The notes under the pieces are model-generated. The model had not been told where the DNA came from. It ran no database searches and was given only the letters and a program-made list of their open reading frames with translations. A stretch of DNA of 63,224 bases, counting the filler, from Collodictyon triciliatum (Eukaryota), in the NCBI GenBank assembly GCA_043381765.1. It is 50 parts of 50 records of this genome, joined end to end, with 100 filler letters (N's around TTAATTAATTAA, not from the genome) between each part and the next. Parts side by side here need not be neighbours in the genome. Positions count along the whole stretch, not along the records: positions 62,065 to 63,224 come from JBHJMP010012037.1; 49 more parts are not named here. The stretch is one strand, 5' to 3'. Both the position numbers and the translations under genes were made by a program. Shown in pieces: positions 62,065-63,224 of this stretch; positions within the stretch are counted from its first letter, which is position 1; every line of letters starts with the position of its first letter.

Positions 62065-63006
62065 CCACCAGTGCAAAGAAATCAGAATGGGGACTATCGA
62101 ACCAGGACCAAATTATTAACGCTATCATTACAGAGAGCCGAGATAATACCAACTGGAAGCTTCTGATAGACAACTCTGTGAGGACGATTTTCAATCTAGA
62201 TATCTATCTATTTCAAAAAAAAAAGCAGCGCAATAGTTTAACAATGCGAATGAATTTTTTGTGGTTTACTTAATTCAATTTTCATTTCTGAAGGATATTC
62301 TAGTCTTCACGAAAGAGAACGCCAAAAAGTCTGTCTTATGTTTCAAGTCCATTTCAATCATCCCAACTGACTCGCAAGTAATGTGACGAAAGTGAATTTA
62401 ACTACACACAAATTAACTAATGAATTCACAATGAATTACATATCACATATGTGCGAATCTTATTTGAAGCGTGAAAAGTAAGGCACAAGAATACACTAAA
62501 ATGGATAGGTCCTCTTCAATTATCTGGCGCAAGAACCTTACAGAGCGTCATGGAACGTCCTCTTCAACCAAATCACAAAGGTGGAAGAAATATCCAACGG
62601 TATTGATATAGTTCATGTAACCATGCCGTCACTTGGGCCTGTTCAAGCTCGTGATTTTTGTTGCGTGAAAGTGAAAAGGTTATATATATTGGAATTTAGT
62701 GTCACTGATTACATACTTTAAATATCTTTTTTTTCTCTTTCTTAAATAAAAGGAATACTTTCAAATATTGAATGATAAATTTCTTTGATGTATACATTAC
62801 TAAAGAATATGTTGACATTTTATACACTTTAGGCACACAATCGAAGGAGGTGCCATTATTGGGATGAAATCGATATTTCATCCCGACAAGCCTGAAGTGC
62901 ATAACTATACTCGAGGGGAAATGAGCTTACATGGATTCCACGTTCGCCCTCACAAAAAATGTCCAAATACAACCCTCTTGTATCATATCTTTATCGCAGA
63001 CCTAAA
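62065..63006 (+). CDS. START lipid-binding domain protein, four exons, partial
   Basis: NWKLLIDNS|DILVFTKENAKKSVLCFKS..|VLFNYLAQEPYRASWN..IDIVHVTMP..QARDFC..|IIGMKSIFHPDKPEVHNYTRGEMSLHGFHVRP..IFIADLK. Confidence 0.88.
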
Positions 63007-63224
63007 GTGAGCATCATAGTTTATGTGTCTAATAATAAGGCAGTTTTTCAAAATATAATAACAAGATTGTTAATAATCATGGTTATTTGATATATGCATA
63101 AACGCAAAATGAAGCCCCCCCCCCCCCCAAAGAAAAAAAAGAAAAGAAAAGAAAAGAAAAAGAAAAAACAAAAAAATATTTAAGATATTCTAAAGGGGGG
63201 GGGGTCACAAAAAAAAAAAGGATT

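Overview
This window is not contiguous genome. It is 50 short unplaced contigs (about 1.16-1.18 kb each, roughly in decreasing length), joined by 49 artificial 100-nt spacers (44 N + TTAATTAATTAA + 44 N, stops in all six frames), so neighbouring contigs are not linked. The DNA is eukaryotic, probably a flagellated protist: it has short GT-AG spliceosomal introns, the standard genetic code and dense microsatellites, and most contigs break at a microsatellite. Manual splicing recovers fragments of many host genes that the ORF track misses or garbles: MORN, JmjC (KDM2/7-like), WD40, eEFSec, Pho80-like cyclin, SDR epimerase, Vps16, a Cys-rich multipass membrane protein, NACHT and DUF4062 STAND pieces, ankyrin, SPX, aldo-keto reductase, GFAT, a Rab-like GTPase, an ASH/Hydin-like protein, a 4-domain voltage-gated cation channel, TMEM184-like, PPIL1-like cyclophilin, Mo25, uDENN and START. 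About ten fragments of an L1/Tx1-like LINE family are scattered across the contigs, and one Ty3/Gypsy LTR-PBS-gag end is nested in a LINE. The most striking observation is a pair of LRR genes (25411-26505 minus, 57022-58182 plus). Their upstream region (~94%) and intron (67/70) are nearly identical, but their N-caps are barely alignable, their repeat numbers differ, and 21-bp hypervariable blocks fall exactly on the concave-face residues. This is a candidate VLR-like diversified receptor system in a protist. All family calls come from recognising motifs by eye; no database searches were run.
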